Shown here: in pieces, positions 21,560 through 31,919 of the stretch
How the letters are laid out: each line of letters starts with the position of its first letter
Numbering within the stretch: the first letter of the stretch is position 1
Assembly (NCBI GenBank): GCA_965198065.1
Contig: CBDAON010000004.1
Coordinates: 2,400,001 to 2,464,000, forward strand
DNA length: 64,000 nt
Direction: 5' to 3'
From: Longimicrobiales bacterium
GTDB lineage: Bacteria > Gemmatimonadota > Gemmatimonadetes > Longimicrobiales > Gaopeijiaceae
Position numbers and translations under genes: made by a program
Notes under the pieces: model-generated
Told to the model about the DNA's origin: nothing
Databases searched by the model: none
What the model saw: the letters and a program-made list of their open reading frames with translations, nothing else

Positions 21560-22317
21560 GGGCGGCGCCGCTCCGCGATCCGACGCTTCAGCGCCTCCAG
21601 CCGGTCACGAAACTCCGGACGACCCACCGACCAGAGTTGCTCCTCCAGCTCACGATCGACAGCCTCGGCGTGATCAGTGACACCCGCCATGGACCGGATG
21701 GTCGCCTTGAGCCTCCGCACCATCTCGCGTGGCGCCGCCGCGGCCTGGGCCGCGAGGCGTGCCGCCTCGTCCAGGACGACGTCGTCATCGACGCAGCTCC
21801 AGGCGAGCCCCCTGCGGGCCGCCTCCTCACCGTCCAGACCTTCACCGCACAGCACGAGCGCCGAGACGCCCTGGGGGCCGACGAGGTCTCGGAGGGTCCA
21901 GGTGTGTCCACCGCCAGGGTGCAGGGCCAGGTCTAGGAAGCGGGACTCGAACCGCGCGCTCCGCGACGCGACGCGAACGTCACAGGCGAGAGCCAGGTTG
22001 AGCCCGGCGCCGACCGCGGGGCCGTTCACCGCTGCGACCGTGAGCAGCGGAAATCGCGCCACGGCCAGAAAGCCCTCGTAGATCTGGCGGAGGTGCGCGC
22101 GGTCGGCCCGCTCTAGGTCCGCCAGATCGGCGCCCGCCGAGAAGGCCGGTGGAGTGCCCGTGATCACGAGGGCTCCGACCTCCGGGGAGGCGGAGAGGGA
22201 ATCCAGGGTCGCCGCGAGCTCGTCGGCCATCGCCAGCGACAGCGCGTTCCGCCGAGCGGGATCGTGTAGCGTGACGAGGGCGAGGCCGCCCCGCACGTCC
22301 GTCTTCAGAAGACCCAT
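21556..22317 (-). CDS. enoyl-CoA hydratase/isomerase family protein
   Basis: PARRNAL, AFSAGADL, AAVNGPAVGAGLNLALACDVR, HPGGGHTW. Confidence 0.88.
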   Translation of the reverse strand: MGLLKTDVRGGLALVTLHDPARRNALSLAMADELAATLDSLSASPEVGALVITGTPPAFSAGADLADLERADRAHLRQIYEGFLAVARFPLLTVAAVNGPAVGAGLNLALACDVRVASRSARFESRFLDLALHPGGGHTWTLRDLVGPQGVSALVLCGEGLDGEEAARRGLAWSCVDDDVVLDEAARLAAQAAAAPREMVRRLKATIRSMAGVTDHAEAVDRELEEQLWSVGRPEFRDRLEALKRRIAERRRP

Positions 22318-22563
22318 GTCCTCCCCCCCGGCCCGGCGACGCCCTCCTCGCTCGGTGGCGAATATGGGGCGGTGGGCGACGACGTGGCCACCTTTCGGCG
22401 CCGATCCCCGGTGTGGTGATCCTCCCACGCGGAGCCGAGCTCGGGCGAGCGTGGCGGGTGGGAGCCCGTGGCGCGATCACGCGCCGGCTTGTAGAGTGGC
22501 GGGACGACGGTCTATTCCGAGCGAGTGATGACTTCCGCACTTCCCGATCCACGGAGGCTACCC

Positions 22564-23121
22564 ATGAAGCGCTTTCTCTTCGCTCTGTCTGCCGGGTTGC
22601 TCCTGCCGTCCGCTCTGCTAGGGCAGTCCCAGATGGAGATTCAGCGGGCCGTGATGGCGGCGCCGCCGAACATGCGAGACGACGTCACCGTGCTCCAGCT
22701 TCGCTCGGACGGTACCACCGCTGTTCTCCGGCCGGGCACGAACGGGCTCATGTGCTGGGACAACCGCGGTCGCCGGGGCTATAACAACCCCTTCGATGTC
22801 CAGTGCACCACCGAAGCCAACCGTCCCAGGCTCGAGCAGAACCATGCGTTCCAGGGCGCGGGCGGGAGCGACGAGGAGATCCAGGCCCGCTTCGATCGCG
22901 CCGAGGGGGACGGGAGCCGCGAACTGTCCGAGTTCGGAAGCATCTACTACCGAGTGATGGGCGAGTCCATGGACAATTTCCGGACCCACACCACGGTGGC
23001 GGTACCGTTCGGCACCGGAGAGTCCCTCGGGCTTCCGTCGCGGGGCGGCCGGGGCATGTTGTGGGTCATGCAAGGCGGTACGTCCAGCTCCCACCTCATG
23101 GTCGGGGATGTAGGGCGGTAA
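22564..23121 (+). CDS. secreted hypothetical protein
   Basis: GGAGG RBS, signal peptide MKRFLFALSAGLLLPSALLG, GTNGLMC, C-terminal HLM. Confidence 0.72.
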   Translation: MKRFLFALSAGLLLPSALLGQSQMEIQRAVMAAPPNMRDDVTVLQLRSDGTTAVLRPGTNGLMCWDNRGRRGYNNPFDVQCTTEANRPRLEQNHAFQGAGGSDEEIQARFDRAEGDGSRELSEFGSIYYRVMGESMDNFRTHTTVAVPFGTGESLGLPSRGGRGMLWVMQGGTSSSHLMVGDVGR

Positions 23122-23170
23122 TCGGGACGCGAGGGGCGGCCCACCAGTTCGGCGGAGCGCCCCTCGTCCG

Positions 23171-24214
23171 CTAACAGACGCTGCCCAGGATCCCTCCCCC
23201 TCCGCAGTACGTGGGGTCCTGGAGTTGGATGCGCAGCCCATCCGGATCGGAGAAGTACAGCTCGGGCGTGCCTCCTGGGGCGCCTCCGCGGTTCGGCATC
23301 CGCATGCTGACGGAGGATCGGAGCGGCACGGCGGAGCTCTCCCCCTCGGCCCTCGGCGGGATCCCGTAGTCTGCCAGCGTGGCCAGGATCTCCTCCGTCT
23401 CGAAGCCTTCCACCGTCATACATACGTGACCGATGGAACCCCTGGGAGGCGTTACCGGCTGGGCTCCTCCGCCACCGCCGCCGAACATGACGAACTGTGG
23501 TCCACCGCCGACGCCGAGCGCAGGCGTGCTGGCCTGATAGGCCTGCACCGGCAAACCAAACAGCTCCTGATAGAACTGGATCGCGCGTGCGGAATCCGAC
23601 ACGCCGTTGGTGAAGTGGTTGAGATCGCGGGCCGAGAGACGGCCGGGCACCGGCAGTGGCTCGGCGGTTGGACAGATCGTTCCCAAAGGCCCGCTGCCCC
23701 CGCAGTAGCCACGGTCCACTACCTGAACGACGATCCCGTGAGGATCGCCGAAGTACACCTCGCGCGTGCCCCCCGGGTCCCCACCGAGCTGGGGTCCCCG
23801 GGTCACCGTCCACACGCGCATCGCTGGTTCGGATGGGACGACGTCGCCGACCGACGTGAGCCCGGAATCCAGAAGCTGCTGAACAGCTCGATCCACGTCG
23901 AAATCCGCCACCGCGATTCCCATCCGGCTGATGCTCGGGGCCTCGCCGGCCTCGATGGCCACGAACTGGGGACCGTCGCCGAGCCGAAGAAGGGTCGTCC
24001 GGCCGCGGCGGGCCTGAATCGGCATTCCGAGCAGCTCCTGGTAGAACGCCACGGATCGACTCGGATCGGAGACCCGAAGAGCGACATGGTTCAGGGCCAG
24101 CGCAGGGAGGACGCGCGGATTGCGCAGCGTACCGCGCAGGGTGACGATCCGCGGCAAGACCGCGACGCCGGGAAGCGAAAGGAGGAAGGCCCGTCGGTCG
24201 ATGTTGGAGCTCAT
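23171..24214 (-). CDS. VOC/glyoxalase family protein, two repeated domains, Tat-like signal
   Basis: DRRAFL; LNHVALRVSD...FYQELLG and LNHFTNGVSD...FYQELFG; YFxDPxG twice. Confidence 0.82.
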   Translation of the reverse strand: MSSNIDRRAFLLSLPGVAVLPRIVTLRGTLRNPRVLPALALNHVALRVSDPSRSVAFYQELLGMPIQARRGRTTLLRLGDGPQFVAIEAGEAPSISRMGIAVADFDVDRAVQQLLDSGLTSVGDVVPSEPAMRVWTVTRGPQLGGDPGGTREVYFGDPHGIVVQVVDRGYCGGSGPLGTICPTAEPLPVPGRLSARDLNHFTNGVSDSARAIQFYQELFGLPVQAYQASTPALGVGGGPQFVMFGGGGGGAQPVTPPRGSIGHVCMTVEGFETEEILATLADYGIPPRAEGESSAVPLRSSVSMRMPNRGGAPGGTPELYFSDPDGLRIQLQDPTYCGGGGILGSVC

Positions 24215-24259
24215 GGTTCTACTCCTGGCCTGGGATCATGCGTGCTCAGAGTGTTCCAA

Positions 24260-24290
24260 TAGAGTCGCACCCTTCTAGAGTCGCACCTTC
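24260..24290. repeat. tandem direct repeat (16/15 bp)
   Basis: TAGAGTCGCACCCTTC / TAGAGTCGCACC-TTC in divergent intergenic region. Confidence 0.85.
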
Positions 24291-24638
24291 GACAGGGTGG
24301 GTTCGCAGGTTGCCCTCCGCTGATATGCATCACGGGACCGGTATCGGCAAGCTAGCGAGTGGTTCGTAAAGAACCGGGGCGGGTATTGTTGTGGCGGGTG
24401 CGCCGGGAGCGTACATTGACACCATTCGACCCGGTTGCCGGGCCGGCGTGTTATGACGACAATGCGGCGTACGGGGCTTCGGCCATGGTTTAGCGACGGT
24501 CCCCGAGATTGCCCAGCGATCTCCGGGGGCGCCCGTGCGTGCTGCGACGGCCCTTTGGGCCATCCGCTCGACGTCTCCCTTCGTTCTTTGTCGAGTGGCG
24601 AGCCCGCAGTCAGCATCCCTTTCGTAAGGAGGACTACC

Positions 24639-25841
24639 ATGCGGTCACGACAGTTCATGCCGACAGCCCTGGCCGTTGCAGCGCTGTTGGCGCCCGTACT
24701 CCTCGTCTCCTGCGCAGAATCGACCGGAACCCCGGCCGGCGCGATGACCATGCAGGAGGGCTCTGCGGCTCTCGGCATGCCCACGCTGGCTGCCCGGGAC
24801 ACGCAGGAGGCGTTCGGCCCTTACGCGCGTCCGACCGACTGGCCGAACTGGATAGCCAGCACGCCGGGCCACGAGGGGTGGACGTACCCCTCGAGTGCGG
24901 CGGTCTACGCCGAGAGCCCGGACCGGATCTGGGTTGCCGCGCGCGGGGAGGTTGGCGTGGCTGAGGGACCCAATGACGGTGAGCGACGATGGGAACACGT
25001 TATATACGCCGTGAATTCCGACGGACAGATGGTGGAGGAGTGGACGCAGAACGACGCGCTATTCTCACCCGACGGCGGACGCGGACCGCATAAGATCAAG
25101 ATGAGCCCGTACGATCAGGAAAAGCACATCTGGGTCGTCGACGACCAGCTGCATCAGATCTTCCGGTTCACGTATGACGGACAGCTCGATCATACGCTGG
25201 GCACCCTGCTCACGCCGGGGCGCGGACCGAACAACTTCGCGCGGCCCACGGACATCGCGTTCCTTCCGGACGGGACGTACTTCATCAGCGATGGCTACGA
25301 CGGTACCCGCGTGGCCAAGTTCGACGCCGATGACAACTTCGTCATGGATTGGGGTCAGGAGCCGGCCGATCCGGCCAATCCGGGCCCGAACGAGTGGAAC
25401 ACGGTCCACAGCATCGCAATCAGCTCCGACCGGCTGATCTACGCGGTGGACCGGGCGCACGCGCGGATCCAGGTCTTCGACGAGAACGGAAACTTCCAGT
25501 TCATGTTCTCGACGGGTGAGCGTGACCGCTCCCGCCCATACGCCCATGAGATCATGATGGACCCGCAGACGGGGCAGGAATACATCTGGGTCGCGGACGG
25601 CGGCAACCACCGCATCCTCAAGTTCGATCTTGAGGGGAACTTCCTGTATACGTGGGGAATCGGGGGAACCGGGATTGGTCAGTTCAACGGGCCGCACTCG
25701 ATCACCACGGACCAGGACGGCAACATGTATACCGCCGAGGTGTTCAACAACCGCCTTCAGAAGTGGGTTCCCAGACCCGGAGTGGACCCGGCCAAGCTGG
25801 CGGGTCAGCTGCTCCGGCAGTACACCCCGATGACCGAGTGA
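24639..25841 (+). CDS. NHL-repeat beta-propeller lipoprotein (peptidyl-hydroxyglycine lyase-like)
   Basis: AAGGAGG RBS, LVSC lipobox, FARPTDIAF, SDGY, NTVHSI, FNGPHSI. Confidence 0.85.
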   Translation: MRSRQFMPTALAVAALLAPVLLVSCAESTGTPAGAMTMQEGSAALGMPTLAARDTQEAFGPYARPTDWPNWIASTPGHEGWTYPSSAAVYAESPDRIWVAARGEVGVAEGPNDGERRWEHVIYAVNSDGQMVEEWTQNDALFSPDGGRGPHKIKMSPYDQEKHIWVVDDQLHQIFRFTYDGQLDHTLGTLLTPGRGPNNFARPTDIAFLPDGTYFISDGYDGTRVAKFDADDNFVMDWGQEPADPANPGPNEWNTVHSIAISSDRLIYAVDRAHARIQVFDENGNFQFMFSTGERDRSRPYAHEIMMDPQTGQEYIWVADGGNHRILKFDLEGNFLYTWGIGGTGIGQFNGPHSITTDQDGNMYTAEVFNNRLQKWVPRPGVDPAKLAGQLLRQYTPMTE

Positions 25842-25881
25842 CGCTTAGGCGTCGAGGTCCCTTCAGAAGTTGATCTGGGAG

Positions 25882-25913
25882 GCGCGGCGGCCCTCGAGGG
25901 CCGCCGCGCTTTT
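25882..25913 (+). terminator. intrinsic terminator
   Basis: GCGCGGCGGCCC-tcga-GGGCCGCCGCGC-TTTT between convergent genes. Confidence 0.8.
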
Positions 25914-25937
25914 CCTATGGGTGGAACGCCCGGGCCT

Positions 25938-26997
25938 TCACGTCCGCACGAAGCTTCGATCCAGGGCGGAGAGGCTCGGGCGCAGCCCAGGAGCGCCATG
26001 GCGAGCTCCACCTCGGTCCTCAGGAGCTCGAACACGTGGCGCACCCCCTCCTCGCCTGAGACGGCCAGCCCGTACAGGCACGGCCTTCCAATCGCGACAG
26101 CACGGGCTCCGAGCGCTACGGCCTTCACGACGTCGGTCCCCCTCCGGATTCCCCCGTCCAGTAGGATCTCCGCGCGGCCCCGCACCGCATCCGCGATCTC
26201 TGGCAGTACTTCGATCGTCGCTGGCACGGTGTCGAGCTGCCGGGCGCCGTGGTTGGACACGAAGATCCCGTCCGCGCCTCGCTCGCAAGCGAGGACGGCG
26301 TCCGCTGCCGTGAGAATTCCCTTCACGAGAATCGGGAGCGAGGTCACCGAGCGGAGCCAGTCCATGACGTCCCAGGTGAGGGACGGATCCACAAGGCCCT
26401 GGATGTACGTCTCGAAGCGCTCGTTTTCGGCCCCGAGCGCGGCGAGGTTCACGAAGGGCTCGAAGTTGAGGGGTCGAAGCGGCGGGGGAAGGGAGAACTG
26501 GTTACGAACGTCCCGTTCGCGGCGGCCCACCCGGGGGAGGTCCACTGTGAGGCACACGGCGCCGTAGCCCGCTCGACTAGCGCCCGGGTCACCCCCCGAT
26601 CCCGGAACGCATAGAGCTGGAACCATTTCGGTCCCCGGGCGGCAGCGGCCACGTCCTCGAGCGGAAAGCCCGACATCGTGGAGACCACCATGACCGTGCC
26701 TTCGGCGGCCGCGGCCCTCGCCGTGGCGAGCTCGCCGTCCGGGTGCGCGAGCGCGTGAAAGGCGGTGGGGGCAACGAGAACGGGGAAGCGAGTGCGCTGG
26801 TCGAGGACCTTCGTGGACGCATCGACCGACGACACGTCCACGAGCACCCGCGGCAGAAGCCGAATCCGGTCGAACGCGGCGCGGTTCTCGCTAAGGGTGA
26901 CCTCGTCTCCGGCACCGCCGGCGATGTAATCCCGGGCGCCCGGGGCCAGGCGCTCCAGGGCCAAGGCTTCGTAGTCCGCGAGGTTGACCGGCTTCAC
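25938..26997 (-). pseudogene. FMN-dependent alpha-hydroxy-acid oxidase, two frameshifts
   Basis: GGAGDEVTL, KWFQLY, LTVD, VKGI, VSNHGARQLD, DGGIRRGTD; breaks at ~26570 and ~25980. Confidence 0.88.
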
Positions 26998-27631
26998 GCG
27001 CCAATCATAGCGGCGGGGTTGATCATATCGCGAGCCGGCGGCGGCGGCAGGACACGTCCACGACCAGTACGGCGGCGGCACCGAAGGAGGAGAGAGGCCG
27101 GTGCTCGGATGTGCGTCCCTCCTGACGGCCCTCTGATCCGCGTCTGATCCCCCCTTCCTAGACTGCCTCGTGTGACATGCAGGTGGTGCGATCGGACGGG
27201 TGGAGCGTCCGTCCGGTCCCGGCCCGGGGACGAACTCCGGGTCGCCAAATCCTCGGCTTCGGCCGATGAACACGGGAGGGCATCATGAAAGGCGCACCAG
27301 GAGGATCTGATCGAGCGGGGATGGTGGACGTTCCAGTGGGTCGGCGTGATCACGGCCTACGTAGGCATCGTGAGTTTCCTCGTCTACACCGTCAGCGACG
27401 CTGAGGCAGATCACGTGAGTCCATCGTCCTGCCCTCCTCCTCCGTCCGGCGAGCACCACCGGGCGGAGGAGGGAGCGCTGAGGGGGGGAGGCGCCTGCCG
27501 GGTGGCGTTCGCTCACATCGGTCGTGGGATTGCCGCTTCCTCACCCCTGCGGGCATGTTGACCATCCCGGACGGGCGGCCGATGAGCGCCCGCCGGTGTC
27601 GCGTCCACACACTCATCCTCAGCGAGGATTC

Positions 27632-28018
27632 GTGAGCGCACGCGTCGTTCGCCTGGGCTCCGATCGCCTCTCCGGCGAAGGCCTGCGAATCGGGACCGTT
27701 CGGCGCCCTCCGCGCGGCGTTCCCAAGGCCAGCTACTCGGCCCAGGACTGGTTCGACGTGTGGTTTCCCGTGCTGGCGCCCAGCGCCCAGGCCGTCAAGC
27801 GCGCTAAGGCGGCCGATTCCGCAGCCGAATGGTCCGCGTTCGCGAGGACGTACCGGCGGGAGATGCGTGCCCCGGAGCCGAGGCAGGCCCTCTCGCTTCT
27901 GGCGGCCCTCTCGCACGCGACGGACTTTTCCGTGGGCTGCTACTGCGAGAACGAGGCGCGGTGCCACCGGTCCATCCTGAAGGAGCTCCTCGAGGAGCAC
28001 GGGGCCGAGGTCGAGTGA
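27632..28018 (+). CDS. DUF488-like protein
   Basis: EGLRIGTVRRPPRGVPK, WFPVLAPS, GCYCENEARCHRSIL. Confidence 0.8.
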   Translation: MSARVVRLGSDRLSGEGLRIGTVRRPPRGVPKASYSAQDWFDVWFPVLAPSAQAVKRAKAADSAAEWSAFARTYRREMRAPEPRQALSLLAALSHATDFSVGCYCENEARCHRSILKELLEEHGAEVE

Positions 28019-28980
28019 CGGACGAGGTGGCTCGACCCCCCGAGACCCCCGAGCGGGAGCAGCACATGCAGGAGCCCTCGGGTTCTCGATCCGCCCGGCC
28101 GGTCACGGTGATCGTCCCGGCGTTCAACGAAGCCGAGGCCCTTCAGTCCACGTTGCCGCCGGTGCTGGAACACTGTCACCGGCTCGGCTGGCGGCTCGTG
28201 GTCGTGGACGACGGGTCCACCGACGGGACATGGGAGGTGCTTCGCCACCACGCCGGATCGACCGACGTGCACGTCCTCCGACATAAGCGAAACCGCGGCT
28301 ACGGGGCCGCGGTCAAGTCCGGGATTCGTCACGCCAAGACGGAGCTCGTGGCAACCATCGACGCGGACGGCCAGCACCGGCCCGCGGACCTCGAGGCCTT
28401 GTACGACCTGTGCGTACGCGTGGACGCGGATATGGTCGTGGGGGATCGCGGGCGGAAGGGCGCGAGCGCCTATCGCTCGCTCGGAAAGCGGATCCTGCGC
28501 GGTATCGCCGCCCTCCTCGTGTCGCTCCCAGTGCGGGACCTCAACTCGGGGATGAAGCTGTACCGCACCGATCTGGCTCGGAGGTACCTTCCGCTCTGCC
28601 CGGATTCGATGGCGTACAGTGATGTCATCGTCCTGGCCTTCCTGAGCGATAAGCACCTGGTCGTAGAGCATCCGGTGACCGTGGATCGACGTAGCACGGG
28701 ACGGAGCAGCGTCACCACCCGAACCGCCTTCGAGACGCTCATGAGCATCCTGACCATCATCACGCTCTTCAATCCGCTCAGGGTCTTTCTTCCGCTGGCG
28801 ACGGCCTCGTTCGTCGCGGGCGTGCTGTGGGGCGCCCCGATCGTCTTTCTGGGGCGTGGCGTGAGCGTGGGGTCGATGCTGGGCATTACGACGGGGCTAA
28901 TCCTTTTCGGGTTGGGGCTGATCGCCGAGCAGTTGGCGCAAATCCGGAAGAGCGCCGTTCTCGAGGCCAGCGACTCGTGA
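28015..28980 (+). CDS. glycosyltransferase family 2
   Basis: VIVPAFNE, VVDDGSTD, NRGYGAA, DADGQH, DLNSG, two C-terminal TM segments. Confidence 0.9.
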   Translation: MTDEVARPPETPEREQHMQEPSGSRSARPVTVIVPAFNEAEALQSTLPPVLEHCHRLGWRLVVVDDGSTDGTWEVLRHHAGSTDVHVLRHKRNRGYGAAVKSGIRHAKTELVATIDADGQHRPADLEALYDLCVRVDADMVVGDRGRKGASAYRSLGKRILRGIAALLVSLPVRDLNSGMKLYRTDLARRYLPLCPDSMAYSDVIVLAFLSDKHLVVEHPVTVDRRSTGRSSVTTRTAFETLMSILTIITLFNPLRVFLPLATASFVAGVLWGAPIVFLGRGVSVGSMLGITTGLILFGLGLIAEQLAQIRKSAVLEASDS

Positions 28981-29059
28981 CCCTGCCCGGCAGTAGCGGC
29001 CCGTTCTTCAGACGTCCAGCAGCGTTCGTTCTTGCATGCGTCGCCAGCACGGCCCTCGC

Positions 29060-30094
29060 GTGCGCCCGCCGCTCCTGGCGGGCACCTGGGCCCTCACCGG
29101 ACAACAGCCCGGCCGGGGACCGATCTATGGCACGGTGGTGATCGAGGCGGGAGGGTCGGCGGACGAATTCACGACCCGTGCGATTTACGCGGCTCCGGCG
29201 ACCGGAGCTAGGGTGGCGCGCGAGGGCAGCTCCATCGTCTACACGGGATATCAGTGGCGTGGGCGGAGCCTCCAGGGCGGTGACGAGGAGCAGGCGCTCC
29301 GCGAGGTGATGCTCGTCGAGCGGGACTGGCAAACCATGTCGGGGCGCTGGTTCACGGGCGCCTACGACGAGCTCGGCCCCGACGTGACCCTCCACCGGGT
29401 GGGAGCGGAGCCGATGGTGACGGGCATCTATCCCGCGGCCGTCCGGACGGGGGGAACGCCCGCCATCCGTGTCTACGGAGCGAACCTCCCCCAGCAGGTC
29501 ACGCCGTCCGAGCTCGACTTCGGTCCTGGAGTCCAGGTGAGTCGGGTGGTGAGCGCGGCGGATGACGTGCTCGAGCTCGTGGTGAACGTCGAGGCGGGCG
29601 CCGCCGAGGGCACCAGAGATCTGTTCCTCGGCGGGGTCTCGCTCCGCGACGCGGTGGTCGTGTACAACGACGTGGACCGCATCGAGGTCCGGCCCGAATG
29701 GGGGATGGCCCGGGTGGGCGGGGCCAACATCCCGAAAGCCTACCAGCAGTTCGACGCAGTGGCCTTCAACGACGGGCCCGACGGCGAGGCCGGGACAGAG
29801 GATGACCTGAACCTCGGGATCGTGGACGCGAGCTGGGGGCTCGAGGAGTATTCGGCCACCTTCCAGGACGACGACATTCGGTTCGTGGGCGCTATCGGCC
29901 AGGACGGGCTCTTCACGCCGGCGCTGGACGGACCCAACCCCGCCCGCAGCGGAAATCGCAACAACATAGGCGACGTCTGGGTGGTGGTCTCGTTCACGCC
30001 GCCGGGCACGTCCGAGGTCTTCCGGGCGAGGGCCCACCTGCTCGTGACGGTCCCCAACTACCTGCGCTGGGCGCCGTGGGGCGAGGGCCCATGA
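29060..30094 (+). pseudogene. qhpA: quinohemoprotein amine dehydrogenase alpha subunit, N-terminal dihaem domain lost
   Basis: LAGTWAL, VYTGYQWRG, MARVGG, GPDGEAGTEDDL, FTPALDGPNPARS, NNIGD, HLLVTVP; no signal peptide or CxxCH. Confidence 0.85.
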
Positions 30095-31587
30095 CCCCTC
30101 AGGCGGGTCTCTCGGCGAACGGGCATTCTGTGCACGCGAACGGCGGCGGCAAGCTCGCCCTGTGCGAGTTCCATCACTTCGAGGCCTCGGGGGAGCACTT
30201 CCTCTACCTCGTGCCCAGCGCCGGCGTGTTTCGAATCGATGAGGTCGGCTACGCGGTCCTGGAGACGATCGAGGAGGAACGACGCGCGCCCCGCGAAGTG
30301 ATGAGCGCCCTCGACGGAAGGTTCCGTCCCGAGGACGTGGCGAGCACCCTGGGTGAGCTCGTGGCGGCGCGGGCGATTCGCGAGGTGGACCGGCGGGAGG
30401 AGAGCATGCTTCCCGTGCTTCCGCCGCCCGACTTTCCGCTCACGACGATGGTGCTGAACGTCACAAACAAGTGCAACCTCGCCTGTACGTATTGCTACGA
30501 GTACGGGGAAGACCGGATCGTTCCCGAGAGCGGCAAGCCGCGCTTCATGAGCGAGGAGACCGCGCGCGAGAGCGTCGAGTTCATGCTCCGCGAGTCGGGG
30601 CAGAACCGGGTGGCCCACCTCACGTTCTTCGGCGGAGAGACGCTTCTCAACTTCAACGTTCTGGAGAAGACCCTCGAGTATGCGCGCCGGCGAGGCGAGG
30701 AGCTGGGGAAGGAGATCGAGTTCAGCCTCACGACCAACGCGACTCTCCTCCGGCCTGAGATCATCGAGTGGCTCGCCGAGAACCGCGTCGGCGTGACGAT
30801 CTCTATCGATGGCCCAAAAGACTCGCAGGACGAATTCCGCGTCTTCAAGAACGGGATGGGGAGCTACGAGGTCATCCTTCCCAAGATCCGGGAGCTGCTC
30901 CGGAAGCATAAGACGCGCCCGATCGGTGCGAGGGTCACCCTCACCAAGCAGAACCTGAACGTTATGAGGATCTTCCGGCACTTAACTGAGGAGATCGGCT
31001 TCTGGGAGGTGGGCTTTGCCCCAGTGACGACGTCTTCGGCCCGTGACTTCGCGATCGAGGACGAGGGGTTCGTCGGGATGCTCGAGCAGTTCGACGAGCT
31101 GGCCTACGAGTGGCTGGAGCACGCGGTGGAGGGCCGCCACCACGGTTTCTCCAACATCAAGGACACGCTCGAAGAGATCCACAAGGGCGTGAGCAAGGCG
31201 TTCCCGTGCGGTGCCGGGCTCGGCCTCATGGGTGTGGCAACGGACGGTGAGGTGGCGCTCTGCCACCGGTTCGCGGGATCGGAGGAGCACAAGATCGGAA
31301 CCGTCGCCGGAGGGATTGATCGGGAGCGGCAGTTCGCCTTCCTCAAGCAGCATCACATCGCGAGCAAGACGGACTGCCACACGTGCTGGGCGCGGCCGCT
31401 CTGCGCGGGCGGGTGTTATCACGAGGCCCATACCCGTTACGGCTCGACCGGTGTGCCGAACCTCCACTACTGCGAGTGGATTCGGTCATGGACGGACACG
31501 TGCCTCAAGGTGTACGGCGAGCTCTCTGTCAGGAACCCCGATTTCCTGCGGCTGTTCGATACGGAGGGGCGGGAGGCCGTGGCCTGA
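30091..31587 (+). CDS. qhpD: radical SAM/SPASM thioether-crosslinking maturase
   Basis: CNLACTYC, FFGGE, CGAG...CHRF, CHTCWARPLCAGGCYHE; qhp context. Confidence 0.92.
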   Translation: MTPQAGLSANGHSVHANGGGKLALCEFHHFEASGEHFLYLVPSAGVFRIDEVGYAVLETIEEERRAPREVMSALDGRFRPEDVASTLGELVAARAIREVDRREESMLPVLPPPDFPLTTMVLNVTNKCNLACTYCYEYGEDRIVPESGKPRFMSEETARESVEFMLRESGQNRVAHLTFFGGETLLNFNVLEKTLEYARRRGEELGKEIEFSLTTNATLLRPEIIEWLAENRVGVTISIDGPKDSQDEFRVFKNGMGSYEVILPKIRELLRKHKTRPIGARVTLTKQNLNVMRIFRHLTEEIGFWEVGFAPVTTSSARDFAIEDEGFVGMLEQFDELAYEWLEHAVEGRHHGFSNIKDTLEEIHKGVSKAFPCGAGLGLMGVATDGEVALCHRFAGSEEHKIGTVAGGIDRERQFAFLKQHHIASKTDCHTCWARPLCAGGCYHEAHTRYGSTGVPNLHYCEWIRSWTDTCLKVYGELSVRNPDFLRLFDTEGREAVA

Positions 31588-31678
31588 GGCGCCACGGAGA
31601 ATCGTTGGACCGGGAGGGGATTCGCTGGAATCGCGGCGGAAGCACAGAGCGAACTTTGGATGAAGAGGAGCGGACCGC

Positions 31679-31919
31679 GTGAAACATCTGGAGCCGATCA
31701 ACCGAAAGGCGGGGCGGATCGAGGCCCACATCGAGGGTGCGCGTTCGCCCGGAGCCGTTCCCTACGCCGAGGCCGGCCCGGGTGTCGAGACGCGCGCGGC
31801 CGGCGGGTCGGGCGCGGACGCCACCGGATCGGCGACCGGGGATGGGCAGGACATGGTGGCACTCCAGGACGGCGGCGGAGTGCACATTCCGCTCGGATGC
31901 TCGTTGGTTTTTTCGCCGG
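31679..31919 (+). pseudogene. qhpC: quinohemoprotein amine dehydrogenase gamma subunit, truncated after first Cys
   Basis: MKHLEPINRKA leader, DMVALQ, HIPLGCSLVFSP then unrelated sequence. Confidence 0.85.
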
